NCBI GenBank assembly: GCA_963823655.1
Contig: CAWGMK010000010.1
Location: 96,001-160,000, forward strand
DNA length: 64,000 nucleotides
Source: an uncultured Bacillota bacterium
Lineage (GTDB): Bacteria; Bacillota; DTU025; MWDF01
Reading direction: 5' to 3'
In this document: positions 1 to 12,552 of the stretch, piece after piece
How positions within the stretch are numbered: position 1 is the first letter of the stretch
How the letters are laid out: each line of letters opens with the position of its first letter
Program-made: the position numbers and the translations under genes
The notes under the pieces: generated by a model
What the model was told of the DNA's origin: nothing
The model's database searches: none
The model's input: only the letters and a program-made list of their open reading frames with translations

Positions 1-3000
1 CGGGCGCCAGGGATGCCACCGGGACGGTCGGGCTGCAGACGAAGTTGTCGAGCTTCACCGTGAGCAGCTTGTCGGTCACGACCACATTGGTAAGCGGGTA
101 GTTGCCGATGTTGGTGGCCTTCACGGTGTACGTGATGACGTCGCCGACCGCGTCGTACGTCTGCACGTTGGAGGTCTTGACGATGGAGAGCTCGGACTCG
201 TAGACGCGCTCGTCATCGCAGACCGGCTTGGATGTCTGCGCGCTGATGGCGCAGGCCGTATTGGGGATGGACTTGTTGGCGTTGTCCACGTCAGCCTGGG
301 TGACGGTATACGTCGCCTTGCAGACGATGGCCTTGCCGGGTGCCAGGCTGGCCACCGGGAGGGTGACGGCCGCACCGTCAACGGTGCAGGCCCAGCTGGC
401 AAGTTGCGGGATGAGCGGGTCGCTGACGCCCACGTTGGTGAGCGTGGCGGCGCCGACATTGGTGGTCGTCACCGTGTAGGTGATGAGGTCACCGGCCTTC
501 GAGTAGAACGCCGGGCTGGCCGACTTCACCACGCTGAGCTTGGCGAACAGGTTCGTGAAGGTGCACTTCACGGTCTCGCCCGCGTCGAGCTTGAAGGTTG
601 CCTTGCGATCGACCAGGCTGCCCGAGCTTGGGTTCTGGCTCTGGCCGTCATCGCAGACGATCGAGTCGAGGACCCAGTCTGGGGTCACAGCTTCAGTCGA
701 GGTGTACGTGCCGGGCACGAGGTTGCCGACCACGATCTGGCCGTTGTCGGCGATGGAGCCAGCAGCGTCACCGGTGAAGGTGAACGTCTGAGGGGAGTCA
801 GCGGGGTTGGTCTGCTTCTCGACGATGATCGTGCCGCGCTGGGTGTTGGTGAAGACGCAGGTGACGGTCTCACCGGGATCGAGATCGATCTCGTCGGCGG
901 CCTCGGTGCCCTCGATGGAGCTCGTGCAGACCGTGCTGGTCAGATCCCAGCCGGCAGGCACGGTCTCGGAGACCGAGTAGGTGCCGGGGGTCAGGAACCC
1001 GCTGTCGTGCGGGGTCGTGGCATCGGCGAGCTGGAAGTCAGCGCCCCAGCTCGGGTCGAAGGTGAAGAGCTGCGGTGAGCCGCTCGGGTCCGTGACCTTG
1101 TCGACGATGATCGTGCCGCGCTGCGTATTGGTGAAGACGCAGGTGACGGTTTCACCGGCCGCGATGACCGCCTGCACGGTCGTGTCACCGGCGTCGAAGT
1201 CGGCGTCGCCCACGAAGCCTGCGCCGGTGCCGGTGCCGATCAGATGGCGGCCCCATTGGCGGTGCAGACGATGTTGGTGAGCGTGTAGCCGGGCTTCGCC
1301 GTCTCCGTCACGTACTTGGTCCCGAGTTCGAGACCGGTGAAGGGGAACGGGGCGTTGGCCGTCGGGTTGGTGACCGAGGTGTCGCGGTTGAACGGCGAGA
1401 GGGCCGAGCCTTCGACCGTGTAGGCGAAGGTCGCGGGGGCACCCACGGTGGTCTTCTCGATGTCCAGGGAGGCGTTCTGGGTGTTGGTGAAGACGCAGGT
1501 CGGGGTGTTCCCGGCCGCGATGACCGCCTGCACGGTCGTGTCACCGGCGTCGAAGTCGGCGTCGCCCACGAAGCCTGCGCCGGTGCCGGTGCCGATCGAG
1601 ATGGCGGCCCCATTGGCGGTGCAGACGATGTTGGTGAGCGTGTAGCCGGGCTTCGCCGTCTCCGTCACGTACTTGGTCCCGAGTTCGAGACCGGTGAAGG
1701 GGAACGGGGCGTTGGCCGTCGGGTTGGTGACCGAGGTGTCGCGGTTGAACGGCGAGAGGGCCGAGCCTTCGACCGTGTAGGCGAAGGTCGCGGGGGCACC
1801 CACGGTGGTCTTCTCGATGTCCAGGGAGGCGTTCTGGGTGTTGGTGAAGACGCAGGTCGGGGTGTTCCCGGCCGCGATGACCGCCTGCACGGTCGTGTCA
1901 CCGGCGTCGAAGTCGGCGTCGCCCACGAAGCCTGCGCCGGTGCCGGTGCCGATCGAGATGGCGGCCCCATTGGCGGTGCAGACGATGTTGGTGAGCGTGT
2001 AGCCGGGCTTCGCCGTCTCCGTCACGTACTTGGTCCCGAGTTCGAGACCGGTGAAGGGGAACGGGGCGTTGGCCGTCGGGTTGGTGACCGAGGTGTCGCG
2101 GTTGAACGGCGAGAGGGCCGAGCCTTCGACCGTGTAGGCGAAGGTCGCGGGGGCACCCACGGTGGTCTTCTCGATGTCCAGGGAGGCGTTCTGGGTGTTG
2201 GTGAAGACGCAGGTCGGGGTGTTCCCGGCCGCGATGACCGCCTGCACGGTCGTGTCACCGGCGTCGAAGTCGGCGTCGCCCACGAAGCCTGCGCCGGTGC
2301 CGGTGCCGATCGAGATGGCGGCCCCATTGGCGGTGCAGACGATGTTGGTGAGCGTGTAGCCGGGCTTCGCCGTCTCCGTCACGTACTTGGTCCCGAGTTC
2401 GAGACCGGTGAAGGGGAACGGGGCGTTGGCCGTCGGGTTGGTGACCGAGGTGTCGCGGTTGAACGGCGAGAGGGCCGAGCCTTCGACCGTGTAGGCGAAG
2501 GTCGCGGGGGCACCCACGGTGGTCTTCTCGATGTCCAGGGAGGCGTTCTGGGTGTTGGTGAAGACGCAGGTCGGGGTGTTCCCGGCCGCGATGACCGCCT
2601 GCACGGTCGTGTCACCGGCGTCGAAGTCGGCGTCGCCCACGAAGCCTGCGCCGGTGCCGGTGCCGATCGAGATGGCGGCCCCATTGGCGGTGCAGACGAT
2701 GTTGGTGAGCGTGTAGCCGGGCTTCGCCGTCTCCGTCACGTACTTGGTCCCGAGTTCGAGACCGGTGAAGGGGAACGGGGCGTTGGCCGTCGGGTTGGTG
2801 ACCGAGGTGTCGCGGTTGAACGGCGACGAGGGCCGAGCCTTCGACCGTGTAGGCGAAGGTCGCGGGGGCACCCACGGTGGTCTTCTCGATGTCCAGGGAG
2901 GCGTTCTGGGTGTTGCCGAAGTCGTTGTTGAGATAGGTCGGCGTCGTCGCGCTTACGGTCAGAGGACCGTAGTAGACCGTGGCAGGCGCCGTCTGGGTCC

Positions 3001-5081
3001 AGCCGTTCTGGTTGACTTCGTACACGTAGTAGGGGTCGTTCGCGGCGGTCGCCTTGATCGCATCCGGCGTGACCGAGAAGTAGTAGAAGCCAACGGGATC
3101 GATGGCACCGTTGCCATCCAGGTCGTCGGTCGTGCCGTTCGCGGTCTGGACACAGCCAAGGTTGCCGTTGTTCGGATTGCTGTCGCTGTCGAGACAGATC
3201 GTCCAATTGGCGAGGCCCGGCTCCCCGGCGTCCTTCGAGCCGTTCCCGTTCAGGTCGTGGAACTTCACACCGCTGATCTCGCCCTGGATGATCGCGTCCG
3301 GCGCGAGCTGGATGGATGTTGCGCCCGACCCGCCGATGTCGACGGTCGTCTGGAGCGAGCCGCCTGTCCAGGCACCAGCGCCGTTCGTCTTGCCTGCGCC
3401 CTGGTTGGGCACCTCGCCCGGCTTGGCGATGTACAGGCCGTAGTAGATCGCGGCGTAGCCGTTGCTGGTGGTCGTCCCCGTGTAGGTGAACGTGATGGTG
3501 ACGTGCCCATCCTTGGTGCCTGAGCCCGTGTATGTGACGGCGCTGACGCCGGTGATGTTCGCGTCTACCGTGAAGAACGAACCCGCATGCATCCCGCCGT
3601 TATTGGTGAACGAGCCGTCCTCCGTCGGCGTGATGGCAGGCGTGGCCCAGTCGAAGACGGTGGGCTGCCGGCTCAGGTTGTACTGCGTCATGTACGCGAA
3701 GCCACCGGCATCGGTGTTCTGCTGGTAGTAGTTGTACGTGACGTTGAACGAATAGGACTGCCCGTTCACGAGCTGCGCGTTGTTGGACGCCCCGTACATG
3801 AAGACGTGGGGGATGACCTCGCCTTCGAAGTAGTTGGACTTGTTGGCGTTGAGGATGTTGTTGTTCCAGTCGCCGGGCAGCGGCTCGTCCGACCAGTGCG
3901 CGTAGGGCTTGGAGAAGCTGCCGGCCGCAGCGGGCTCGATGATCGGCTCCAGGGCAACCTTGGCAGCAGCCGAGGAAACGAGCGGCTCCTCGACCACCGG
4001 CGCCTCTTCGACGACGGGCTCCGGCTCGACGACCGGAGCCTCCTCGACCAGCGGCGCCACCACCGGCTCGACGACCTGGGCGTCTTCGACCAGCGGCTCG
4101 ACGATGGCGTCGTTGCCCTTGCCGTTGTCTTCCTTGTCGCTGTCCTTGGGCTCCTCGGCAGGCGTCTCCTCGACGATCGGAACGTCTTCGACGACCGGCT
4201 CCTCGGCAGGCGTCGCCTCGACGACCGGGGCCTCTTCGACGACTGGCTCCTCGGCAGGCGTCTCCTCGACGACCGGGGCGTCGTTGCCCTTGCCGTTGTC
4301 CTCGCCCTTGGGCTCGTCCTGGGCCGGCTTGACGCCCTGGCCCTCGTTCGTCGCCCTTGGGCTCGTCCTGGGCCTGCTTGGGCTCGTCCTGGGCCTGCTT
4401 GTCGCTCAGGCCCGCGCTGTCGGTCTTATCGTTCCTGGGTTCGTCGGCAGCGGTCTTGTCGCCCTTGGGCTCGTCCTGCCTGGACTGCTCGTCAGCCTTG
4501 GAGCCGTCGTTCTTGGGCTCGTCCTGGGCCTGCTTCGGCTCGTCCTGGGCCTGCTGCTCCTCGGCCTGGGGCTGCGCTTCGACAGCAGCCGGTGGCTCCG
4601 GCGCGGGCGCCTCCTTGACGACGAGGCTGGCGGCATAGCGAAGATCACCCAGGGTGGCAACGATCTTGCCTTCACCCGCGGCGACCGCGCTCAGCTTGGT
4701 GCGCTTGCCGGTCTCGTCCTCTTCGATGGCCAGGCTGGCCAGCGGCGCCGCCGGCATCATTCAGGGACCACTCCGCCTGGACGGGCTGACAGCCGACGGC
4801 CGCCGGCTCCTGGTCGGCGCGCGAGCGGCAAGCGTGACGCCTGGGTCACACGTCCATGCGCTGACCTTCTGGGACTCGCCCACCGTCAGCTTCAGCGGAT
4901 CGGGATGCACGTACAGGTTGAGCGCGGGAGCCGCCGGCTGGGCAGATTCCGCCGCTGCCTGCTCGTCCTGCGCGATGACCAGCGCCGGTGTCAGCACCAG
5001 CGATGAGATCAGCAGGAAGGCCTGCAAGACGGCGGTGAGCGCCACCGGGCCGCGCAGTCGGCGCGATTCGGACCTCGACAT
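1..5081 (-). CDS. Large secreted repeat surface protein/adhesin: signal/TM, Glu/Pro-rich linker, SdrD-B-like domain, 119-aa repeats, DUF11/DUF7507-like domains. Frameshifted; runs off the window edge
   Basis: ATG at 5081 with GAGGAG RBS; hydrophobic N-terminus (LQAFLLISSLVLTPALVIAQ); ORF pieces 4761-5090, 3600-4760, 2612-4063 and 1240-2871 chain through indels; ISGVKFHDLNGNG..EPGLANWTI (SdrD-B-like); distal LSVVKS..ITYTVTTTNVG..VSDP..NTA domains. Confidence 0.8.
1155..2914. repeat. About 5 tandem copies of a 357-bp (119-aa) coding repeat, essentially identical
   Basis: ttggtgaagacgcaggtcgggg recurs at ~1484, 1841, 2198, 2555; the only differences seen are 1-nt indels near 1241 and 2826. Confidence 0.95.
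3975..4565. repeat. Low-complexity coding repeats (VVEE[AT]PAEEP-like units and 21-bp QAQDEPK units)
   Basis: Repeated gggctcgtcctgggcctgctt and ggctcctcggcaggcgtc motifs inside the surface-protein gene. Confidence 0.8.
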
Positions 5082-5486
5082 CGATACCACTCCTCTGTGT
5101 GTGGTGGCCCCCGAAACGTCCCAGGCAGTGGCCTGAGGGATGAATGCGCCCCATCGAGGTCACCCCGATCGAGCCGGGCGTCGGGATCGTGCTCGGTACG
5201 GACCGTCCGCCGTACGAAAGTCTCAGCCCTGAACGGGCGGATGGCAAGGACCGATAGTACCTCTGGGGGCACATGCGGTGCTCCCCGGCACCAAGAGTTG
5301 TGTGACCAATGGCCCTTGACGGCCCCAGACCCCCTCACGTCGGACCTCGACCGCACACCCTCGCATCCAACCTCGCCGTGAAGTGCACGCAGTCCACCAG
5401 AGCGCAGTACCGCTGGAACGGGTACCCCCGGGCTACCACCGGTGCACGAGCCATTCGGCCCCCAGGGCGTAGCATCGGGCGCTCGA

Positions 5487-6593
5487 ATGCGCGCCCTCTC
5501 TGCGGCCGTCGCCGCGCTTCTGCTGACCACGCTGGCGGCCAGCCTCCCCACGCAAGCCACGGCGACCGACTACCCCGCGCGCGATGCCGGCTACCACTCG
5601 TACCCGGAGATGGTCGAGCACATCCGGCAGGTGGCGGCCGCGCACCCGGACATCGTGCGGCTCTTCTCCATCGGCCAGAGCTTCGAGGGCCGCGAGCTCT
5701 GGGCGGCCGAGGTGTCCGACCAGCCGGGCACCGACGAGGGCGAGCCGGAGGTCCTCTTCGACGGCCTGCACCACGCGCGCGAGCATCTCAGCGCGGAGAT
5801 GACCATCGCCATCCTGGACCTGCTGGTCGGCCAGCTACGGCCAGGACACGCAGCTGGGCCGGCGGGTCACCCGGCTGGTGGACGAGCGGCGCACCTGGAT
5901 CGTCTTCATGGTCAACCCCGACGGCCTGGCCTACGACCTGGGCGGCTCCCCTATCGCTCCTGGCGCAAGAACCGCCAGCCGACGCCTGGGTCAGCTGGCG
6001 CCGACGGCGGACATCGGCACCGACCTCAATCGCAACTACGGCTACCGGTTCGGCTGCTGCGGCGCCTCGTCCGGCGACCCCGCCAGCCCCTACTACCGCG
6101 GCCCGCGGGCCTGGTCGGCGCCGGAGACGCGGGCCATGCGCGACTTCGTGCTGAGCCGCGTCGTGGACGGGCGGCAGCGCATCCGGACGCACATCACGTT
6201 CCACACCGCGGGCGAGATGGTGCTCTGGCCCTACAGCTACACGCGCGCGGACCGGCCGCCCGACATGCGCGCCATCGACCTGCGCGCCTTCCGGGCCATG
6301 GGCCGGGCCATGGCGGCCACCAACGGCTACACGCGCCATGCAGTCGAGCGCCATGTACCCCACCGACGGCGACCAGATCGACTGGATGTACGGCGCGCCA
6401 GGGCATCTTCTCGTTCACCTTCGAGCTGTACCCCAAGGGCGGCGGCACGCCGCGGCACCACTACCCGCCCGACGAGATCATCGGCCGGGAGACCCGGCGC
6501 AACCGCGAGGCCGTGCTGTACCTCATGGAGCAGGCGGCCTGTCCGTACGCGGTGCTCGGGGCGCGCGCTGCGGAACGCCACTGTACGCCCTGA
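5487..6593 (+). CDS. Secreted M14 zinc carboxypeptidase (carboxypeptidase T-like), frameshifted
   Basis: Signal peptide; motifs LHHAREH, VNPDG, WRKNR, DLNRNY, TFHTAG, TFELYP spread over three frames. Confidence 0.9.
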   Translation: MRALSAAVAALLLTTLAASLPTQATATDYPARDAGYHSYPEMVEHIRQVAAAHPDIVRLFSIGQSFEGRELWAAEVSDQPGTDEGEPEVLFDGLHHAREHLSAEMTIAILDLLVGQLRPGHAAGPAGHPAGGRAAHLDRLHGQPRRPGLRPGRLPYRSWRKNRQPTPGSAGADGGHRHRPQSQLRLPVRLLRRLVRRPRQPLLPRPAGLVGAGDAGHARLRAEPRRGRAAAHPDAHHVPHRGRDGALALQLHARGPAARHARHRPARLPGHGPGHGGHQRLHAPCSRAPCTPPTATRSTGCTARQGIFSFTFELYPKGGGTPRHHYPPDEIIGRETRRNREAVLYLMEQAACPYAVLGARAAERHCTP

Positions 6594-7024
6594 GGCGCGG
6601 TCCGAAGCCGGCGCGGTCGGGTCGCTCGCATCGCCGGAGTCGTCTCCCGACCAGTGACGCGGCCCGTGTCGCCGCCCTGGCCGGTGACGCGGCCAGTCGT
6701 CGCCGCCAGGGTCGCCGCCAGGTCGCCGCCAGTCGCCGAACCCTGCACCACAGGACAGTATCGACCGAGGCGTCCCGGCCAGAGCCCATGAGACCGCGGT
6801 CCCTTGGCCGCATGTGACATCCCACGTCACGCATGGCCAAAGGAACGCACCGAATCCGCCTCGCGTCGGCTCCCTGGCCCGCGCCGCCGGTCGATAGTGA
6901 CCTCCAGGTCAAGCGCGGCCGCGAGCCGCCCCTGGCCCGCGCGGCCGGTCGATGGTCGACCTGCGCAGCGTCGAGCGCGGCCGCGACGCCGCCTCAGGCC
7001 CGCGCCGCCGCCTCTGGCTCGCGA

Positions 7025-7375
7025 TGGTCGCGTTGCGATCGACGACCAGCCAGGCCTTGATGCGCAGGATCTCGGCGGGCGTCGGCACGCGCAGCGGCCC
7101 TGACGCCGTGCTGATCTCACGGGTCTCAAGGGGTGCCGACCGGCGCTGGTTGCGAACCGTCGTCATGATCCCGTCCAGGCGACCCATGATGACGACCGGG
7201 CTGTCGGCGGTCGGTCCGCCAGCCAGCGACAGCCTCCAGCGTGCGAGCACCTCGTCGAATCGGCCTGGGCACGACCATCACGTGGACTGCGTCCAGGGTC
7301 GTCGTGCACCCTCCGCGAGGCGCCGGACGGGCTGCGTGCCGGGACCTTCCGGGGGCACCGGCGACCCGCTACGAT
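7025..7375 (-). pseudogene. Fragment resembling an AbiEii-like nucleotidyltransferase family protein
   Basis: GRLDGIMTTVRNQRRSAPLE..LRVPTPAEILRIKAWLVVDRNAT resembles this family from memory; the similarity stops where an RDxxD motif is expected. Confidence 0.4.
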
Positions 7376-7467
7376 GGCGCCGTGCCCGACCCATCGTGTG
7401 CTGCTGGGGGGCGAAGACCTGAGCGGGTGAGGCGCCGTTGCGCCAGCCCGACACAGAGGAGGAGTGC

Positions 7468-8619
7468 ATGCGCAGGTTCACCACCGCATCCCTCGCGCTG
7501 ACCATCGCGGCGACCGGCATCCTGGCCGGCGCGCTCGCGGTGGCGGCGCAGGACGGATCCGACCTCAAGATCGGCCTCGTGACGGACGTCGGCACGATCG
7601 ACGACCGCAACTTCAACCAGTACTCGTGGGAAGGCGCCGTCGCTGGCGCGGAGGCCGTCGGGGCTGCCGGAGCCGCAGTACGCCATCAGCGCGCAGTCGG
7701 CTGACATCGGCCCGAACATCCAGGCCTTCGTGGACCAGGGCTACGACGTCATCGTGACGGTCGGCTTCGCGGCCGGCGCGGACACCATCAACGCCGCCCT
7801 GGCCAACCCGGACATCAGGTTCATCGGCGTGGACCAGGCCCCCTGCATCAACGAGGACGGCACACCCGGACGACAGCTTCACCTGCGCCGGCGACCCGGC
7901 CGCGCTCCTGCCGAACCTCCAGGGCATCAACTGGCGCGAGCAGCAGCCCGGCTACCTGGCCGGCATCGTGGCCGCCTCCGTCAGCGAGACGCGGCCACAT
8001 CGCCGCCGTCGGCGGCACGGCCGTCATCCCGGCCGTCGTCAACTACATCGAGGGCTACGCCAACGGCGCCAAGTCCATCAACCCTGATGCCGTCGTGACG
8101 GTGGTCTACGTGTCCGGCGCGCCCGGACACGGCGGCCTTCAATGACCCGGCCGGCGGCCAGTCCACCGCCCAGCAGCTGCTGGCCCAGGACCCGACATCG
8201 ACGTCATGTTCCAGGTCGCCGGCAAGACCGGCAACGGCGTCCTCCAGGCCGCCTGCGACGCGGGCATCTACGGCATCGGCGTGGACGTCGACCAGTTCCT
8301 CTCCACCCCGGAGACGGCCGCCTGCACGATCGTCAGCGCCGAGAAGAAGCTGACCAAGAACGTCGCCGACGCCATCGAGCGCATCGCGGCCGGCACGGAC
8401 CAGGGCGGCATCCTGCGCCTGGGCATCGACACCCAGGACGTGGGCCTCTCGCCCTTCCATGACTTCGAGAGCCTCATCACCCCTGAGACCGCTGACACGC
8501 TTGACGCTGCCGAAGCGGCGCTGGCCGACGGCTCGCTCAAGGCCTGCGAGGAGCAAGAGGGCAGCGGCGTTCTGCGTGCAGACGCTGCCGTAGACGACGC
8601 CCTTCCAGGAGTCACCTGA
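7468..8619 (+). CDS. BMP-family ABC transporter substrate-binding protein (nucleoside/sugar), frameshifted
   Basis: GAGGAGG RBS; IGLVTDVGTIDDRNFNQYSWEG, IVTVGF, FIGVDQ, FQVAGKTGNGV, IGVDVDQ, SAEKK. Confidence 0.9.
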
Positions 8620-8626
8620 GTCCTTG

Positions 8627-8661
8627 TCGAACGGGCCGACCCCCAGGGCCGGCCCGTTCGA
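8627..8661 (+). terminator. GC-rich stem-loop after the substrate-binding gene (terminator or mRNA-stabilising hairpin)
   Basis: tcgaacgggccg...cggcccgttcga inverted repeat; no U-tract. Confidence 0.55.
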
Positions 8662-8697
8662 GTACCCGAGGCAGGAGAGCATGGGAAGCCCCGCGAC

Positions 8698-10300
8698 GTG
8701 ACCGCGCTGGACACCACCCTGACGCCCGAGCGCATCAGCGCGCCGGCGCTCGAGATGCGCGGCATCACCAAGCGCTACCCGGGCGTCGTCGCCAACGACG
8801 GCATCGACCTCGACGTGCGGCCCGGCGAGATCCACGCCCTGCTCGGCGAGAACGGCGCCGGCAAGACGACGCTCATGAACGTCCTCTACGGCCTGGCCAC
8901 GCCGGACGCGGGCGAGATCCTGCTCGACGGGCAGGCCGTCGAGATCGCCGGCCCATCGGACGCCATCGACCGCGGCATCAGCATGGTCCACCAGCACTTC
9001 ATGCTCGTGCCCGGTCCTGACCGTGGCCGACAACATCCTGCTCGGCGAGGAGGCCATGCGCGGACCGCGTCTTCCTCGACCAGCAGCGAGGCGCGCCGGC
9101 GCATCCGCGAGCTGGGCGAGCGCTTCGGCTTCGAGATCGACCCCGACGCAGAAGGTCGGCGAGCTGTCGGTCGGCTGGCAGCAGCGGGTGGAGATCCTCA
9201 AGGCGCTCTACCGCGATGCGCGCATCCTGGTCCTCGACGAGCCGACGGCCGTCCTGACGCCGCAGGAGACCGACGAGATCTTCGGCGTCCTGCGGCGGCT
9301 GGCCGCCGAGGGCCACAGCATCATCTTCATCAGCCACAAGCTCTACGAGGTGCTGGAGATCGCCGACCGCATCACGGTCATCCGGCGCGGCAAGGTGGTC
9401 GGCAGTCGCATCCCGAGCCGAGACGAACGAGGACGACCTGGCCGAGCTGATGGTCGGCCGCGAGGTCCAGCTGACCGTCGACCGCGGCGCAGAGCCATCC
9501 GGGCGAGGTCATGCTCGCAGGTCGGCGGACCTGCGCGTGCCGCGACGACCGCGGCCGCGAGGTCGTCGATGGCGTCAGCTTCGAGGTGCGCGCGGGCGAG
9601 ATCCTGGGCATCGCCGGCGTCGCCGGCAACGGCCAGGACGAGCTGGTCGAGGCCATCACGGGCCTGCGCCAGCCGCACCGGCGGCACGGTCACGCTCGGC
9701 GGCGAGGACGTCACGCAGGCGATGGCCCGCGGGCCCTGCACGGGCAGGACGTCGCCTTCGTGCCCGGCCGACCGCCAGCGCTTCGGCCTGGTGCTCTCCT
9801 TCCCCATCGCCGACAACCTCGTCCTGACCGACTACTACGCGGCGCCCTACTCGCACGGGCATCGTCCGCGACGAGGCGGCCATCCTGGAACGCGCCGAGC
9901 GAGGCGATCGCGGAGTACGACGTCCGGACGCCGTCGTGCGACCGTCAACGCCGGGACGCTCTCCGGCGGCAACCAGCAGAAGGTCATCGTGGCCCGCGAG
10001 TTCGACCGCGACCTGCAAGCTGCTCGTGCTCGACCAGCCGACGCGCGGCCTGGACGTGGGCAGCATCGAGTTCATCCACCAGCAGGTCATCGCCAAGCGC
10101 GATGCGGGCACGGCCGTCCTGCTCGTCTCCGCGGAGCTGGACGAGGTCCTGGAGCTCTCCGACCGCATCGCGGTCATGTACCGCGGCGGATCGTGGCGGT
10201 CGTGGACGGTCGCACCGCCAACAAGGAGGAGGTCGGCCTGCTGATGGCGACCGGGGGCCGGAGCGAGGCGCCAGACGAGACCGGAGCCACAGGCCGATGA
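8698..10300 (+). CDS. ABC transporter ATP-binding protein with two ABC domains (CUT2/NupA-like), frameshifted
   Basis: GENGAGKTT Walker [50 protein letters not shown]. Confidence 0.92.
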
Positions 10301-11473
10301 GCCCCGACGAGAAGCCCATGAGCACCATCGATCGGCTCCTGAGCCGATCGCTGCGGGGCCAGCTGGCCGTGACGGGCGGCGCCATCGTCCTGGCCCTCGT
10401 CGTCGGCGCGGTGCTCATGATCCTGACCAGCCCCATCATCACTGGCAGCCTCGACCCATGGCTCTGGGCAGAGGCCTACCTGGCGCTGGTCGCAGGGCGC
10501 ACTGCTGAGCTCGAGCGGCCTGATCGACACGCTCGTCCGCGCCACGCCGCTCATCCTGGCGGGCCTCTCCGTGGGCCTCGGCTTCAAGGCCGGCCTGTTC
10601 AACATCGGCGCCCAGGGCCAGTTCCTCATGGGCGCCCTGGGCAGCGTCGCGGCTGGCATCGCCCTCGCGCGACGCGCCGTCCATCGTCGCCATCCCGCTC
10701 GCCCTCCTGGCCGGCGTGGCGGCGGGCGCGGCCTATGGCTTCATCCCGGGCTGCCTCAAGGCGTTCACCGGCGCCCACGAGGTGGTCATCACCATCATGC
10801 TCAACTACATCGCCCTCCAGATCGTCTCGTGGGCGGTCAGCGAGCCGCTCCGGGCCCGCGGCGCCACGTTCGCGCGGACGACGACGTCGGCGAGGCCGGC
10901 ATCCCGGTCCTGATCGGCACACGGGCACAGCTGCATCTGGCGTGCTCATCGCGCTGGCCGCCGTGCCCATCGTCTGGTGGCTCCTGTACCGCACCACGCT
11001 CGGCTTCGAGATCCGCACCGTGGGCGCCAACCCGGATGCGGCGCGCTACGCCGGCATGCGCCCGCGCCTGATCATCGTGCTCACGATGACGCTGCGCGGC
11101 CTGCTGGCCGGCCTGGCCGGCGCCATCGAGATCCTGGGCGTGCACGGACTACATGCCGGCCGCCTACGCCACCACGGTCGGCTTCGACGCCATCGCCGTG
11201 GCGCTGCTGGGCCGCGCCAACCCGTGGGGCATCCTGCTCGGCGGCCTGCTCTTCGGCGCCCTGCGCGCCGGCGCCCCGCTCATGCAGATCCAGGCCGGCG
11301 TCCCCGTCGAGATGATCGACATCCTGCAGGGCGTCATCCTGTTCTTCCTGGCCGCCGACCTCATCGTGCGCTGGGTCTTCCGGCTGCGCGAGACGCGGGG
11401 CGGCAGTGTCGACGAGCTGCAGACCGTGACCAGCAGCTACGGCGGTCGACCGCCACGCGGGGCTAGGCGCTAG
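10297..11473 (+). CDS. ABC transporter permease (nucleoside/sugar), frameshifted
   Basis: [54 protein letters not shown]. Confidence 0.9.
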
Positions 11474-11474
11474 C

Positions 11475-12552
11475 GTGGACGTCCTCTTCGACATCCCGGT
11501 CGTCGGGCTCTTCTTCCAGCTCGTCGACTACCTCATCGTCGTCCTGCCATCGACTGGCGCCGATCATCCTGGCCGCTCGCGGCGCCCATCGCCCTGGGCG
11601 CCTGTGCGGCCTCATGAACGAGCGCTCCGGCGTCGTCAACATCGGCATCGAGGGCATGATGCTCACGGCCGCCTTCGTCGGCTGGTTCGCGGCCTCGCTG
11701 GTCGTGCAGGTCTTCCCTGACCAGCCCAAGGCCGACTTCGCCTTCGGCGCCACGCCGGCGCTGCTCGTCGGGCTCGCTGGCCGCCCTGCTGACCGGGATG
11801 GCCGTCTCCGCGATCCACGCCTGGCTGTCCATCACCGTCCGGGCCGACCAGATCATCAGCGGCACGATCATCAACATCGTGGCCTTCGGCATCACCGGCT
11901 ACCTGAATCATCATCATCAGCGCGCTCGTCCCCGCCATCGGCCGGCAAGTTCGCACCGTTCGTGCCGCCCGCGTGGCTCACCGACCTGCCCTTCGTCGGC
12001 TGGCTCTTCGACATGTTCCTCAGCCAGGGGCCGATCGCGATGTCTGTCCTGCTGCTCGCCGTCGTGCTGCAGGTGCTGCTCTTCCGGTCGCGCTGGGGCC
12101 TGCGCACCCGGGCCGTGGGCGAGCACCCGAAGGCCGCCGAGACGGTCGGCATCGACGTCATCCGGCTGCGCTACCGCAACGTCATCCTGGGCGGCGTCTT
12201 CGCGGGCCTGGCGGGCGCCTGGTTCACCCTGGAGCTTCGGCACCAACGTTCCAGACCGGCATGACCGGCGGGCGCGGCTTCATCGCCCTGGCGGCGCTCA
12301 TCTTCGGCCGCTGGACGCCGCTGGGCTCGTTCGGCGCAGCGCTCCTGTTCGCGGCCGCCGGATCGCTCGAGCATCGCCATCCGCACCGTGCCGCCGACCG
12401 GCCAGCTGGGCGAGATCCTGACCGCGATCCCGGACCAGTTCTGGTCCGCCCTGCCCTACCTCGTGACCATCATCGTCCTGGCCGGGGTCGTGGGCCGCAG
12501 CGTGGCTCCGGCAGCGGTGGGCAAACCCTACGAGCGAGAGAGTGCCTCGTAG
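11475..12552 (+). CDS. Second ABC transporter permease, frameshifted
   Basis: [59 protein letters not shown]. Confidence 0.9.

Noticed and set aside
1155-2914. Tandem arrays here and at 13.7-17.4 kb as CRISPR or non-coding repeats
   Set aside because: Unit lengths are multiples of 3, encode protein domains and have no unique spacers; no cas genes are present.
3587-5006. Long plus-strand Ser/Thr- and Leu/Gly-rich ORFs
   Set aside because: Antisense shadows of the low-complexity region of the minus-strand surface protein.
5100-5440. Riboswitch (c-di-GMP or c-di-AMP) upstream of the left adhesin
   Set aside because: Could not find the conserved core motifs by eye; needs an Rfam scan.
5487-12552. 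Mass pseudogenisation or programmed frameshifting of the left-hand genes
   Set aside because: All motifs are intact and the breaks are scattered 1-nt indels, like those visible in the identical repeats; sequencing error is more likely.
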